From Lingula anatina (taxonomy: Eukaryota; Animalia; Brachiopoda), in contig CM120642.1 in NCBI GenBank assembly GCA_051362555.1, positions 20,708,001-20,772,000 of the forward strand: 64,000 nt of DNA, given 5' to 3'. The position numbers and the translations under genes are program-made. Under the pieces are notes generated by a model that ran no database searches, was not told where the DNA came from, and worked only from the letters and a program-made list of their open reading frames with translations. Below, in pieces: positions 49,771 to 63,619 of the stretch (positions are counted from its first letter, which is position 1; each line of letters starts with the position of its first letter).

Positions 49771-52700
49771 TTATTATTTATTTTTTATTATTATTTTTTT
49801 TTGCAACAAAATGCATGCAGGAAAACTGTTGGGTACCTTGCAACATCATAAAAAGAAACACTGAAAATATATTATGATGTCAAAAGTAAAATGCTACACA
49901 TTCAAACTATATATTATCAGGCTTCAAAATATGATACCTGCATGTAAAAGTGTACTGTACCTTTTTTGGCCAGGATATCCGGTTTCTTATGATTCTGGTT
50001 CTTTAGGTTGGCTGAGGAATACAAACAGCATTGCATAAAAATGCTATACTATCATTATAGTAAGCAACTTCACATAATTGTTCAAGTTTAACACCTAAAT
50101 TACACCATTCTCTTAATATATAAGTTTGTGTATAAACCTTGTATAAGATAATTAAAAATAACAGCTCATTATGGCCCTAATTACTAGTATACAATAATTA
50201 TCTCAACAGTACATCAGCCGACTACACCCCACCATGTTTCAGAATGGATTCCTTTTCTGTCTTGTCCCTGACATCTGTGTTGATTAATATGTTGTGCGTC
50301 TGAAAATAATAGATCAGATAAGTTAGAACTTAGTCTTACATGCAGTAATGAACATGCATTTTAGCATCTTTGTAACAATTATATACAGATACAGATACAT
50401 CTCTAAAGGGATCTGTTTAAAATTGACCCCTATGAATAGATTCCTATATATACATGTACCATGCATTTTAACATAGGTAGCAAATTTCTATTTCTATATA
50501 AAGAATTTCAAATTTTGTCAATCAAAAAAAAACCATTTTTTTCACAGCTGAACCTAGTTTTTAAACTAGATTATGGGGGCCAATCAGTGTAATCAAAAAT
50601 ATCATAAAAATACAATTATTCATTGCAGCCATGGATAAATAACTTAAAGTAAAGACCTACCAATAAACTTCGCAAAGAACTACGGAAAAACTTGTCCTTG
50701 TCCTCAAAATCTTTAAAGTGATTAGATTTTGAACACTGAAAGGGTGCACTGATGTAGTCCTCTGGAACAGAAGAAATCACCATCATTCATTATAATCTGT
50801 AGCACAATCCACACCTGCATCAATTATCAATGTCTACCTTATTTCCATGGAGGATCTATTGATATGACACACAAGAATAAGATCCACAAAAAAAAAAGAC
50901 TGTGAAACAATACATAAATGAGGTTTGTGACATTATTGCTTGATGCATTTAAAATACCAAAAAAATTCAATCACTTAAGACACCAATATAAGAACCAGAC
51001 ATACTGCTGAAATTATGTACATGTAGCCAGTAGAACAGTCTGGACATTAACATTAACCAACTTCCAAGGTAAACAATTTTCTTATAACTAAGCCAACTGA
51101 GCTAAATATTTAGCATTCCATAGAGACAGGATTGCTGTATATTAATTAAAAGAATGCAGAGTTGCTTCAATTGTTTCTTTCAGGTTGCAAGAGTAAATTT
51201 TGAAGAGCAACAGAAAAATGTGTCTTTTTATTATAATTACCTTCATTATCTGTCTGCAGATAGACTCTTTGCAATTCTTGAACCCAGTCTTGTAGTTTTC
51301 TACCATACGACTTCTCCTCTTCCTCAATGTCTACTCTTTGTTCACTGACCTTCAGCTGAAATGATTCCAGCAGCACAATACAAGAGATATGTAAGAGAAA
51401 GTTATTTAAAGATGCCATTCACAGTTATTATGGTATCAACAGTTACACAGTTACTCACTTAGGTATCAATTTTGTATTTTTATACTTAGCCTGTGCTTTC
51501 ACATTGATTTTTGGCACAAATCAAACATTCAACATTTTAAATTAATAATAGTTCAAATTTAACCTTTATCAATTTATCATGAAGTATTTTCTTTTATTTT
51601 CTATCTAAATAATACCAGAATATGATTGTCAGTATCACTGTTAATTTTCCAGCATAGAAAAAAAAGTCATTTGGAAACCGAAAGTCTGAAAATCTGACTT
51701 ATACCAATCATTAATCTTTCACTTCACCTCAAATTTTGACATTTATATGAGTTGTAAGATTCTCCAGATAGTCTAATAGTAATTACCAATTAACATTTAA
51801 ATTTAAATTTTCCTCTTTTTTACATAAGATGAGCTTGTTTAGTTCAGATAATTGGTAACTAAATGGTTACTAAACGGACAGATATCTTTGCCCTCTCTAC
51901 AGTTCTTAAATGACATCTTTTAGAGACTCAAACTAAGCACCTTTCTCTAAATGAACTAACAGAACAGTCATGCTATCATTTTTTAAAATATGAATATCAT
52001 TTACATTTCAGTGAGGTACTGGTAATGCTTTTCAAATAATTTGATTTAATGTATGGTAATTTAATGCTATAGATTCAAGTGGCCATGAATCAACACAGAG
52101 TGACCATGCAAATTTTGCCGTTGCTAATAACAAGTCACAGAAATCTTTAGAGTAAACCAAAATGTTTACCCAGGGAAAACACAAACACGTAGTCCAATAT
52201 GAGTAATGTATTGCATTGGAAAGATCATGTCTAAAACATTAATGGTGGTACAAATCAATTCTACCAGTTCTAATTGTCAATATTAGTTTTATTTACATTC
52301 ACATTCAAAGACACAAATCTCTTTATTTACACTATCATTTTTACTATTATATCAGGTAAATACTATATAATTTCTAAGCAATATTCTCTTGGTCATCCAG
52401 CACAGCAGATCTTAAGAGGAATTACGCAGATGTATCCCAGTTTCAATTTGACCAGCTTGATAATGCTAAAAGCTTAAATATTATCAAACCCAGGACATGT
52501 TACTACTTCAAATTATTTATTTTTCACTTTTAGCATAACTTACAAAACTAGTGACCTTGGTCTTCACATTCTTTTTTTTTTTTTTTTTTTTTTTTTTTGG
52601 GGGGGGAGGGGGGTGGAGGGGGAGATCAATTTCATTTTGTATTTGACTTAAATTGTAGTATTCTCTTGTTCAAAAGTCTTTACTAGTAGTCTGCACCAGG

Positions 52701-53617
52701 TATAGGCATACGCTAGAGTCAAGCATAGCAATGTTTACATCTATTCAAATCCTAAATATCTACTTGTTCCAACTAAAAATAATGTTAAACATATAACTGC
52801 TTCCTCCAAATATCTGTAATCTAGTTCAAAATTTTTTGCCTATACGTTAAGTACTCAGCTACTGCCTAATAGTAAAAGAAATGTCACAAGATATACTGGA
52901 TCAACCCCAGCACTTTAACTTGGGCAAATAAGATTTTAATTTATCAAAATATTAGTGGCCTTGGCAGCTCCCTAATAATCTCTATGGTCCCATTCAGAAT
53001 AGGGGATTAACTAGTCCAAGGGTCAAATATGGCCAACTCACTTGAATACTTCCCCACGGGATATCTAGTCAGTGTCTATTAGCGGATTAGATGGCAAGCT
53101 TTGAAGTCAATCACCATTTTTTATCCCTCATACTAGTTAGTCCCCATTTCTGAATGGAGCCTATCAAACCACCCCAGACAGCTAAACTTACCCCTTTTAA
53201 AGGCATCTCCAGGTGAACACTCTCAGCTTCCAGACACAGATCCTCAAAGCCAGTGTGAACCAAGACAAAGACTTCATGTTTATCATCTTTATCCACAACA
53301 TGCAGTTCATTCAATGTCAATCCCTCAGCCATCAGAGCTCCCTGAAACTTTGTCCTCATTGCTTTTCTCTGTTCAAACTCCTCAATTTCTTCCTTATCTG
53401 CATCTGGCTTCAGCTGCTCCTCTGTATACACCAAAACATAGTCAATTCTTTTTTTATTGGCATTTTCACTTGATATCCCTGTTACTGAGCGTTCTCTTTT
53501 CCTCTTCTTATGTTTCAGAACTGTAGTTTTAGCTCTGAGGATGCTGTCCATGGGTTTCCCCTCAGTGATGGGAGGCAGGTTGGACCCACCATTCATAGTG
53601 TGCAAGCCTGCAGACAT
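32624..53617 (-). CDS. ANO: Anoctamin/TMEM16-family Ca2+-activated channel or scramblase, ~23 coding exons, ~1060 aa; paralog not assignable
   Basis: Exons 53192-53617, 51241-51355, 50661-50761, 50233-50299, 49961-50011, 49181-49523, 48814-48891, 48361-48455, 47896-48017, 47570-47659, 47122-47275 (frameshifted), 46854-46890, 46543-46652, 45910-46055, 45476-45665, 44681-44810, 43737-43870, [42977-43057 or 41823-41903], 41358-41458, 40895-41026, 40355-40515, 35425-35557, 32624-32804. Motifs: RIDYVLVY, YQPLWKIRNYFGEKIALYFAW, FLEYWKR, ENHRTQTAYDDALVIKLFAFQFANSY, EYTEKVIQYGY, RRPVAFVAQDIGMW. The last two exons rest on splice sites and phase only. Confidence 0.92.
35358..35391. repeat. (CT)n microsatellite
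   Basis: About 17 CT units; it produces the spurious ERERE runs in the ORF track. Confidence 0.95.
36105..38624 (-). mobile_element. Young non-autonomous LTR retrotransposon (2520 bp) in an anoctamin intron
   Basis: 405-bp direct repeats at 36105-36509 and 38220-38624, identical by eye except one terminal base; minus-strand ends TG...CA; 4-bp TSD ATAC (36101-36104, 38625-38628); PBS TGGCGAGCTCGACCAGGG 3 nt after the 5' LTR (38199-38216); PPT GGGAAAAGAAGGAATA before the 3' LTR (36510-36525); AATAAA inside each LTR. Confidence 0.93.
37171..38232 (-). CDS. 353-aa highly acidic, internally repetitive ORF carried by the LTR element; function unknown
   Basis: Uninterrupted 1062-nt ORF in AT-rich DNA. 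No CCHC knuckle, protease, RT (YxDD) or integrase motif is visible. Expression is not shown. Confidence 0.55.
   Translation of the reverse strand: MDPYVMASSTRVTAGEGYNYGSNFEDEYAYEDDDWDSEKDYNINGRLVECLSKLADLLQRQYGSLQQQNNDITAESEMKQEVKERNQGKVDELLEMEKGTHDETLTTAKEDECMMEFVKEHDIGEENDGNELSKDIMIVNDPEVEKRTDFKKGEKCEGYVEKEQELGLKTDDDDDNGLIGSESKMGELKYYEKPDVVEKALTDDVKNTDKGLDDGDDPKYVEKHGVDENAVTDYVKNADEGLNDERMEMDFSNFKNTDGDKPSEVEMEQSAGEEEVEENEKQSASEEVLKVVENEDKQGSDTENVYENAKEWTGVKWDFHRDNKKVQRKFMAKKLKWTLLPHCKLRYVFFLFS
41823..41903 (-). CDS. Anoctamin TM10 exon, variant B
   Basis: TAG|CAC...AGG|GTGAGA, 81 nt, phase 0-0, HTVFAVKGLLMWLIPDTPLNVRNAIGR. Confidence 0.85.
41998..42165. mobile_element. 168-bp CAGGGGCGGAT-type MITE between the duplicated anoctamin exons
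   Basis: CAGGGGCGGATTTAGA...TCTGGATCCGCCCATG termini; flanks TGTTGA and TGTTGC. Confidence 0.7.
42977..43057 (-). CDS. Anoctamin TM10 exon, variant A
   Basis: AAG|CAC...AGG|GTAATT, 81 nt, phase 0-0, HTVFALKFLLTYIIPDVPYKIEIQQNR. Confidence 0.85.
45152..45433. mobile_element. Non-autonomous Helentron/DINE-1-like element (HINE)
   Basis: AACTAGA start, ACCTCCTCCAAGG motif, AAATTTCATCAAAATCGATCCA core, (GACA)n(AACA)n microsatellite, terminal ACCTCCTTGGCGGAAGT hairpin in an A-rich site; this is the usual HINE layout. Confidence 0.7.
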
Positions 53618-53775
53618 GCTAACTAGTGCAGCTGTGGAAGAGAAAACAGTGACATTTCAGCAATTCAGATCAGTCAAGGTGCTGGTACCAAAAACACAAA
53701 ATCATTTGCTCTTTCCAGTGATTGTAAAGAAAGCTGCATAGATTTAATGAAGCATGCACAATTCTACATAGTTGG

Positions 53776-53949
53776 CTGGGGTAGCTCTAACACTCGCCAA
53801 TTTAGCCAAATGCTAAAACTGACTTAAATCAGCTGAAGAAAGAGGTCTTGATTTGACATGTTTTAGCCAAATTATAACCATTTTGATATCAAATTGGCAT
53901 AAATGTGGTGATTTGGCTAAGTGAAAAAAAAATTCTAGCACTACCCCAG
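53776..53949. mobile_element. Small MITE upstream of the first anoctamin coding exon
   Basis: CTGGGGTAGCTCTA...TAGCACTACCCCAG inverted termini, internal TTAGCCAAA/TTTGGCTAA motifs, flanks GTTGG and GTCGG. Confidence 0.6.
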
Positions 53950-56319
53950 GTCGGGGTAAGTGCTAAGCATGGTACATGACAATTTATCACAGATAACATT
54001 AATTTGTGCTTTAACCATACAACTTTAAAAGCATAGTGATATTTTATAATAGACAATTTAGCTTGATACTCGCAGTGATCTATTCATAAGAGCTGAAGTG
54101 GAGGGGGTGTTTTAATGTTTTTGATTGACTTTATAATTAATTACCATACCGGGTACCAATGATGAAAAGCAATGTAACAAAAATACCTTGAACTTAGCCA
54201 AGTAGAAAGGACCTTTGATCTAATGTTGGGTTTTAATATAATGTAAGTGTTTGCTCTACATCCCCAAATTGCATCAGAATCTACTCCCCCCCACCCCACC
54301 CACACCCACACCCACCCTTCCCCTCTGAAATCTTAGATCCGCATGCGATTTTGAACATACTAAGACGCTGTTATGAAATTACAGGTTCATTTCTTTTTCA
54401 ATAGTCGTAATACGGTATACAATATGTTGGTGAAGGCAATATGGTGAAGGCAATATGCACACAATATGCACACTTAAAATCAAATTCCCAATTGGTTGGT
54501 CAGATACTCAGAAAACAATGTCACATATGCGTCCAGTAACGTTAAAATCCTTACCAGTAATATCCAAGCAAACAAAAATTTTCCATTCTCATAGGCTGTC
54601 CCTTGGTTTGACAGCCCTACAATTTGGCAATATTCATATGTAATATATTAAATTACCTTTGATACTTGAAACATGGACGGAATGTAAAATTACAGATAAG
54701 CTTCAACGCTGCAACGGACTAAATGTCACATATTGGTCGATAATCAGCCCCAGTTACATGTAGCAGGTGTCCACAGATGGCTGCTGTTTGGTCACGTGAC
54801 AGTTGCTATGCCCTTTCCCCTTAAGGTAGCGTTATAAGTTCAAGATGAGCTCATCATTTTTTTCCATTCGGTCGTTCAGGTTACAGACCCCCCCCCCCTT
54901 TTTTTTTAATATAGAAACGATAGCAACAAATATCTGTTTTTATTGAAACGTAGGCATAAACAGTGATTTTTCAGCTATAAAAGTGGCATTACAATTTACG
55001 TGGCTACATATAGTTATAGGCTAGATAGTGACGCTTATGACCTTTAGGACATAGCACTGATCACTTGTGGTTATCAAGCAGGCCAGTAGCCAGCGATTTC
55101 GAAAGGGGGTTCTTTTCCTGAAAACGGGGACCTTTTTCATATAAAAAATTCATGTATCTAGATCAAATTTTACCCAGAGTAGACCTTTTCCTTTCGTACC
55201 CCTTCGTTCCTATTGTACATGTTCATCTACCCATGTAGATGCATGCGATACAATGAATAAAGATATAATTCGAAGACGTCCCTTTCTTTTTTCTTTCTTT
55301 CTTTATTTGTTTGTTTCTTTGTTTGTTGAGGAATTGACCGAAGAGACCGACTTTAATTATTATGGACCACTAACAGTTCCCCCACCCAGGCATATGAACA
55401 TTGGGCCTATTTTATCCAGTAGTCTGCACACGTGGAGTTTCATTGGTCCGAAGGTTCGATAGTCCAAATTAATGCAAGAATAAAGTGTATAGTGTACTCA
55501 GTAATAAAGCGAAGTTCATAAGAGGCGCGTGCATATGATTTTTCGGACCAATGAGCCTTCGGATTATCAAGACGCCCTCGATCTTCTTAACTGCAAGGCA
55601 TGGTCTTTTTTTACCATGTAAGTGTATTATTTTCAGCAATATTAAATGAAATTGTACTGGACCAGACAAGGATTATGCAAAATGCCAAGTCGAAAGCTTT
55701 CTCTGAATCTAATTCAAGAGCAATGTCAAAACTAGCCCCTTACAGACTGCCATTTCCAAACATTCCAATGTGCTTTTCTACACTTTCTTGTGCAAAGTAT
55801 GATATTGACCCCTACATTACGTAATTAGCCTAAGCAACTGTTAGATATCTGTTCTGTAATAGACAAAAAGGGTGAGGCAGAGGCATGTATGAGATTTCTT
55901 TTACTCTTGTAAGATTAGATCCCCTGTCCGATTCAAAATCCCGGCCTTGTAACATGACGTTACGGTGTACATGTACTAACGTCTCACAAACATACATTGC
56001 CATGTGCTGATTGATATATTTCCATTTTTTTTTTTTTTTTTTTTTTTTTGTGATGAGGGCTTTAAAAATTAAATATAATATTTTTGTGTATAATTATTCA
56101 TGTATACAAAAATGAATATATCGGAGAAGTAATAAGCCATGTTGGGGTCTGGCATCCCGTAAGAACGGTAAGGCTTTTTTCTATGAATTAAATCTAAACT
56201 ATTTTGTTACATGCTACCGCACCTTATATACTGTACGTATTGATGTTGATAATATTTCAATTACCTGTTTTAAAAACCAATTTATCAATAATAAATGCAT
56301 GTGTAATGTGTATCATATA

Positions 56320-57971
56320 CAGGGTTACCCCTTAATATGGAATATTATTTTTTGGCGAGTAAATTTTCTACAAAATATTTAATTTCTCTCTAACTACTTT
56401 AAATCCAAAGCTGAGGTGTCACTCCATGTGTAGCCAGGTGTGTTACCTAATTACCACACAACTCTCGAAACAATTGATCCATGCAGTTGCATGTTCTGTG
56501 ATCAGAAATGTGAGGGGTGGTCTTTTCGGCAATTTCTGCCCTTGCATAAAAACGCATGGGTTTGGTCAATCTATGAACTGTGTTTAGAGAAGCAACAAAG
56601 GGATCGCTTTGAAACTTGACAGGTACCATAGTGAAGATATGGTTAGACAGCTAAGTAACGCAGTTTACTATGGGGTTCTTGCTCTCAGAGAAAATGGCCA
56701 GAAACGGACAGCCATTGCAAGGTAATTCAACATTTATCAGGAACCGTTTGTAAAGTCCTCCAAAGAAATGCTGCAACAGGGGCACCTACTCCAATACCTC
56801 GACCAGGGTGTCCGTGTATCACACCAAGAAGACAGGATCGCCTTCTCCTTAGAGGACGCCGTGCTGGTCGTACAAAGACAACCAGTGTCCTCAGAAAAGA
56901 GAGGCAGAATGTCATTCAAATGCCCGTTTTAGGGTCCCTCGTGAACAAGAGATTACTGCAAGCCCGTTATTTTGCACAAAGGCCAGTAGGGAAACCACTG
57001 TTAACAGCAGGTCACATACAGTGACGTCTACAATGGGCTACGGACCACGTGCGTTTGCAGCCAAAACACTGGAATCACGCCGTTTTCAGTGATGAGGCCA
57101 GATATGGATTTTTTAGGGATGATGGTCGAATCCGTGTCCACCGACGTGTACGAGGGGCATAAAACGATGATTGTGCACTGCCTAGGGTGCAAGCAGGGGA
57201 TGGTAACGTCTCTGTTTGGGGAGCATTTCATGTTGGTGCCCAGAACCAGTTTGTTTTTCTAGGAGGCAACCTCATCCAGGATTCCTACAGAGACATTCTA
57301 CGGCAAACAATGCTTCGATTGGTAAGAATCATCTTCAGGAACAACTTTGTGTACCAAGACGACTGCGCAACCCCACATCGAGGCCGCAGAATTACTGTTT
57401 TTCTTCAAAACCAATGGGTTCAGCAACTGCCCTGGCCTACAAACTCTCCAGATATGAACCCAATTGAAAAACTTTGGGCAAAAGTAACTCACATAATTAA
57501 TAGCTATGGTCATCGGTCGGTAAATAGTGATGAACTGCGACAGTTAAATATCACTGCGTGGAATGATATCCCCACCCAAACTCTAAAAAACGTGTCACAG
57601 GGTATGCCATGTAGGCGCTGCAAGCGGCTGCTGGAGGTCATACCCGCAATTACTGACTTTTCATGATTTACTGTAGTGAGTTCTTTGACTGTGTAACATA
57701 TCACTGTCCGGAGGCTATCATTTTCTTTAATATCCTAGCTTAAAGTTAATACTAACATCAAACTGTTGATATGGTTTTCTGGGAGTGTTCTTATCTTTTG
57801 AATGGCATCTTATGTCAGATTTGATATCATTGACCAAAATATCTCACAACAGAAGACTGGATATTTTTATCACTCAGTGACATACTTTTTTTAATGACTC
57901 AAGCCAAAAAAATTAATCAGCACTCAAAAATAGCAATGATAAAAAATATTCCATATTAGGTAGCAACCCTG
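56320..57971 (+). mobile_element. Decayed Tc1/mariner (Tc1, DD34E-type) transposon
   Basis: TA flanks (56318-56319, 57972-57973); ~27-bp imperfect TIRs CAGGGTTACCCCTTAATATGGAATATT / AATATTCCATATTAGGTAGCAACCCTG; frameshifted transposase remnants FSDE (~57085), VSVWGAF, VYQDDCATPHR, WPTNSPDMNPIEKLW. Confidence 0.92.
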
Positions 57972-59156
57972 TAGGCCTGTACTAGCGGATAGATGCGCGT
58001 CGCACAAGATGACAAATAGATACATTACATTTTTTTATTTTGCATTTTCATATCTCTACAAATATTTAATCATCATTTAGCCTGCACTTCGGATATTTAA
58101 TGTGTGAAATTAATGCATTTTAAGCTAGTTTTTGTAACTGAAAAAAAAAGTGTTGCTTGATGGTCCAGAATTTTTATTTACATTTGATGGGCAGCATTAC
58201 GGCGTATATTGAAGTAATACAAGTGTAACTTCATAAGACAGATAGAAATATAACATTTAATGGACAGGGAAAATTGTATTACTCTCAGTGCAATATATAA
58301 AAGAATATGATCGCCCAAAGACCACCAACATAGCAAATTTGCCGCAATAGTATAGAAAAGTAGACTATGTTTCAATTAAGATTTTGAAAAGATTGTTTGT
58401 TCTTTAACCTTCAAAATCAGTTATCTTATTGAAAGAAATATTGTTGATTGATTCAAAGATTTTGGGGATTCAAGTCACTTGTAAAATTACGTAATTACCG
58501 ATAAAATATTGGCAACAAAGCTAAAATGTCCAAATTTTCGCACCTTTCTGACTTTGGCGCCCTCTATCAATGTCACGGCCCATTGGTTTTATAGGACGAC
58601 CACCCTGAAATAAACCGTCATACATTTGTTCATCATAATCCAGTGTCAAACCGAGTATAGATCACCGAGGAAATAAAAACCGTTTTTCAGGCCCGTAGCG
58701 TCTAGCCTATATTAGTATCGAGAGCATTTTTTATGCGCATTTCTTTCAAGACTTTCAATTTGCCAGTTTAATGGACATGTCATTTTTCTGCATATTGTTT
58801 GTGATCAGACAAGACAATCCCTAAAACTGACGTGAAAAGCTGTTAAACGATCCTATATAGTATAATACGTCAAGATATAGACTATGGCTTTTTTTAAAGC
58901 TATGTCGTCTTCAGCGGAGTCTATTCCTGGCGATCTGCATGATTGTGCGTTAAGTGTTGAAGTCAGGATCGAATGTCACAGTCATATTGTAAAATAAACA
59001 AATAAATAAATAAATAACGCATTGCGAGACTGGTTTTATTATTGTGGATTATATATTCTTTATTATTGTTACTATATATTATATTTGTTGCACCTGAATG
59101 AATGATCAAAACCGATTGGCAAGGGAATTGGGAATGAAATAGATTATTTTGAAAAA

Positions 59157-59164
<8 letters not shown>

Positions 59165-59232
<68 letters not shown>
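59165..59232. repeat. (TA)n microsatellite after a poly-A run
   Basis: About 34 TA units. Confidence 0.95.
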
Positions 59233-59235
<3 letters not shown>

Positions 59236-60315
59236 GTCGGTGAATAGCTGCAAAGCAAATGTTTCAATTCATACCCGACATGAAATAAAAATTTATTTTG
59301 TTGTATTGTAGGCCCCTATTCATGGCATCAAAATACCAGCACGCATGATTATAGTTCATGAACTTCTGTCATGATGCAAAGACAAAAATATAAAAAAATA
59401 AATGAATGGTCGAATTTTTTTTTTTTTTGAACTAATTCAATAAAACCGCTATATGTACGCCACAGAAAATCATAAATTTGCATATAAGTTTATCATTATA
59501 AACAACCACCTCTATTTCAATACCAAATAGATCCTAATACATGGAAAAATTCACATGGTCACTCACCAGATACACACTTTCATCAGCTATGATTAAAAAT
59601 ATATATATAAATCGCCTAAACTCATATCGATCACTATACCCCTCCCAACCCCCCAACCCCCCCCCCCCCCCCCCCCCCCAAAAGCCAGCCTTATATTACT
59701 TGAGGCAAGGTGATTTGCATACAAGAGAAAAATGCTTTTTCCTGACTTTTGGGATGTGTGCAATTTATTTTATTGCTTTTAAAAGTTGCATTCCTTTTGT
59801 GGCTCACAAATTGAGGAAAATTTGGTTGGCAGATGATGATTATTAATCATATAATCATAAATAGCTTTCATATGTCACAGGCGAATATCACGAATCCACC
59901 CAAGAGCCATAAAAATGTTTCTTTAGCGACGATGACTGCATTGGGGGAAAAGTAAGGCAATTGCCCGTATAAATTTGCCATACGATTATTGATTTTTCTA
60001 AGTATGGAACTTTTCAGGGGAAGACAGGCGAGAAAGTTATTCAAATTATCAGCGACTGTTTGGTATGCACAGGAACTTTAAAAAGCAGAGTTTATTTCCA
60101 ACTTGTATCAAAATTAATTAAAGTCATCAGTTTCATGATGTTTACCTTCGCAGATAAATTGTGACGCAAAAATTACTTATATTTCATCCGTCTCTCCCCA
60201 AAAATATTTCAGACCGCGTTAATTGTTCAGCTCCCGGGAAACGCGACCAAGCGTGGTCTCAGAACAGGCGGCAACTTATGCTGTTTGATACACAGGCTAG
60301 CCTAGCAGCCGGGAA

Positions 60316-60354
<39 letters not shown>

Positions 60355-62381
60355 CTGGGGAGAGCAAGGGAGGAGATGTGTGTTGCTCCTTTCATTGTGG
60401 TCTTTACAATCAAATGGTTACAACATCAAGATGCCCTAATGTGGAAGAAACAGAGAGTCACTTAAAATAAAATCATGATATTGTACATTTTGCATGCATA
60501 CATTTATCATCATTAAAAATGTTATATATCATATGACAGCCATGTGGAAGATAAATTTTATATTTACCATGTTTTTACCCTCAATAGATTAAGTTTTATA
60601 TATAAATGAATAAAATGATAAGATGATTACAGAAACATAAAAATTAATTGAAATGTGTTTCACTATTCTATCATTGGTATTTTGCTCATCTTAATGGTTT
60701 TCTCTAGTGGGAGATTGCCCTACCAGCAGGTGTTTGCACTCATTGACACCATCCCTTCATTTTTAACCAGTTGATTGACAGGTGACAGCCATAACAGGTC
60801 AATTAACTTCAGTTCGATTGCTCATTTCATCATTGCATGCATAGAGTTTTGTTGATCCTGGCGTTTCAGTCAGAGGTTAACCTGTTAACTGTTCAATCAA
60901 AAATGTGACATGAAAAAATGAATCCTTCATTTGTTGCTGCAATGTGTATATCTGCCGATTTACTAATCTTCCAGATAACAGCAAAAAGCCCAAGAAACGT
61001 TATTGATAATAAAAAGGAGAGATATCTTGATGGAATAGAAAAAAAGAGGAAAACAATAAGTTGGTGAATCTTTTTCCAAAATTCCTACACTCTGATAAAA
61101 GCAGTGATATACATACTGTAAAAGATTTCTATCCAAAAAACATTTTGTCAGAAAGCATGTCCAGCAATGAATGGAAAGTTTTATATGCTTCATGTTGTTT
61201 TGATAAAATGCTCAAACAAAAGTCATGAAAACATCCAAAATAAGCTTAAGTTGAAAATATTTTTCAAGTTTTACAAATCTGTTTTTTTTTTTTTTTTTTC
61301 AGTATCTCCATTCAAGCAACATTCTGAGACTTCAAATGACTCAGAAAAGAATTTTTTTCAGAAAAATTATGCATTCAAAATCAGTACTTGGACTGTACTG
61401 TTGTTTATGTAATGCTGAAATGTTCAGAAATTGCTGTTCTTCTATTTTCTTTGAAAAGTTCACACTGAATAAAAATGAATACTTTTATGAAGACCGTCCA
61501 TTTTCTTGTCTTTTTATTTTCCTTCTTTCTTTCTTTCACCATTTGGTGCAGTCTGTTACCGACCCTTGTGCAAGATCTCACTGTTTAGGTGCCAGATAAT
61601 GTGGAGAAGCCAGAGGCTGGTGTCTCCCAGTACAGTTCACCCCCTTTTTAATAATAAGTTTAAAATGCATTTGCCTCCCCCCCCCCCCCCCTCCTCTCTG
61701 TGTGGTATAATTTTAATTATTATATGTTTTCAGAAGAAAAATGTAATAATCCGTGGAGAGCCATTCACAGATGTCTATGGCGGTTCTTTACCTTCAGCTG
61801 CTGGTACCACCTGTTTTTTTTTTCTTTAATTTTTTTCTGTAAGTTTTCAAAAAAGTTTGCAATTTGATTTAATTTTTTTCTGAAATGTAACTTGAAAATT
61901 GTTTTTTAAAAAAATTGACAAAATCAAGGTCTTATTATTACAAATATTATTGCAATAGGGGAAAATGTTCAGTCTTACCACTGAAATTCTCCTACTTCAG
62001 ATCAGTAAATAATAGGGAAGTGGTGGTCCCAATGGAGACTGGAGAACAGTGACACTTACTTTTATTTACAAGTCCCAGCAAATGCCAGATATGAAATGTT
62101 TAAGAGTCAAGAATAACATTTCAAAGAATAGTTTATTTCATATTTTAACAATCGTAACAAAAAAAAAGAAAAAGAAAAGAAAAATAGAAAGATGCTGATC
62201 TGTTAAAAGTCTTAGAAATAGGAAGGTTAGAACTGTTAATAACAACACACAATGACTACCAACCTTTTAAAAGATTCCTTTACAGGGAAAGTAAAACAAA
62301 ATCTTAATACCTGCCTTACATGACAATTGCACTTATCTGATATATTTTTCATCATATCCATGTAATTATCAAGGATTTTAC

Positions 62382-62518
62382 AAATATTTTTCTCCTGCAA
62401 CCTGATTCAAACTGTCAATACACTTATGTATATTTTACAATGACAAGCTCAAATATTTTTTCCTGCAACCTGTTTCAAGCTGCCATTACACTTATGTATA
62501 ATTTACAATGACAAGCTT
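62382..62518. repeat. ~70-bp tandem duplication
   Basis: Two imperfect copies of AAATATTTTT..CCTGCAACCTG..ACACTTATGTATA..TTACAATGACAAGCT. Confidence 0.8.
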
Positions 62519-63068
62519 AAGGGTCAGGCTGGATAAAATCTCTGCCAAAAATGGCCTGAATTATTACAGAAATAAAATATTTGAAGATTAAAATGAGATT
62601 ATTTCTACAGACCTGTTTAACTGCATGTAGTGTATCAAAATGTTAGAGATATAACAGAGAGTGACTACAACAATGCTGATGAACAAAGACACAAGCTCAA
62701 CAATATGCACATCAAATGAATGATTGGAAGCCCTCAATTGAAGATTGATTTTATAAATTATCTTTGACCCACATTTGGGCCCAAAATAACAAATAAGGAT
62801 GCTTTTTTTTCGGTTAATAAGTCATTTCAGCTCTGTGGTCATGTTAGCATACTTTCTGTTGCAGATAAACAGCTATTTTTTCCAAAACAAATAAATCAAA
62901 TATGAAGTTTAACACAAACATATGTGTTGAATTGTTTTCAAAATCAGATATCTTTTGAAAATTTAGTACCAATATAAATGTTATGAAAATTATCCTCATA
63001 AGACTCACAGGCATCTAAATCAGCTGTGGGAAGTCCTAAAAACTGTGACAGTTATTTGCAATAACACA

Positions 63069-63296
63069 TTAGCTTGGAGTAGACACCAAGGGTTTGGAAT
63101 GTGGACTTTTCTGCATCCTATGGAGAGTAAACAAGTATGCACCTGTCACCAATAATGTGAGAAAAGTGACAACAATCATGACTGAGAACAGGGCAATCCA
63201 CATGGTGACTGTGTACGAGCATGGAACAGGGCACTCGACATGAGGCAGCTCAACCAGTTCATCTTCCTGCTCATAATTTGGTTCAACTTTCCTTGT
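63069..63296 (-). CDS. Probable last exon of an unidentified membrane protein (transmembrane helix plus short tail); gene continues beyond the window
   Basis: Acceptor CTCTTATCTTGCAG|ACA at 63296; TRKVEPNYEQEDELVELPHVECPVPCSYTVT-MWIALFSVMIVVTFLTLLVTGAYLF-TLHRMQKSPHSKPLVSTPS*. Upstream exons are not in the window. Confidence 0.6.
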   Translation of the reverse strand, partial: TRKVEPNYEQEDELVELPHVECPVPCSYTVTMWIALFSVMIVVTFLTLLVTGAYLFTLHRMQKSPHSKPLVSTPS

Positions 63297-63619
63297 CTGC
63301 AAGATAAGAGTGAACTGCATGAAAAAACCATTTAACATAATGATGATAAATTTCAATGTTACACTAAAAATACTGCCTGTATCACTATGGACTGAACAAA
63401 GATTCTCTTAAAATTAAAATCATAACTAGAGGATCAGAGAGGCGATACCGCCTCCGAATATTGTACCACCAGCTGGAGCAAGCGCATTCATATAGACCCC
63501 CACATATACAAAATAAGGAAAACAGCCACCAGTCTTGTGCTTGACAAGCTGTAAAAATGCAATCAACAAGAATTTTCAAAATATGCAAAAAATATATATG
63601 TTACTAAAAATGGTACAAT

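Noticed and set aside
60316-60355. Long poly-G runs (also 27466-27495, and poly-C at ~59657-59678) as functional G-quadruplexes
   Set aside because: Homopolymer tracts like these recur in the local MITEs and their lengths are unreliable in assemblies; nothing supports a function.
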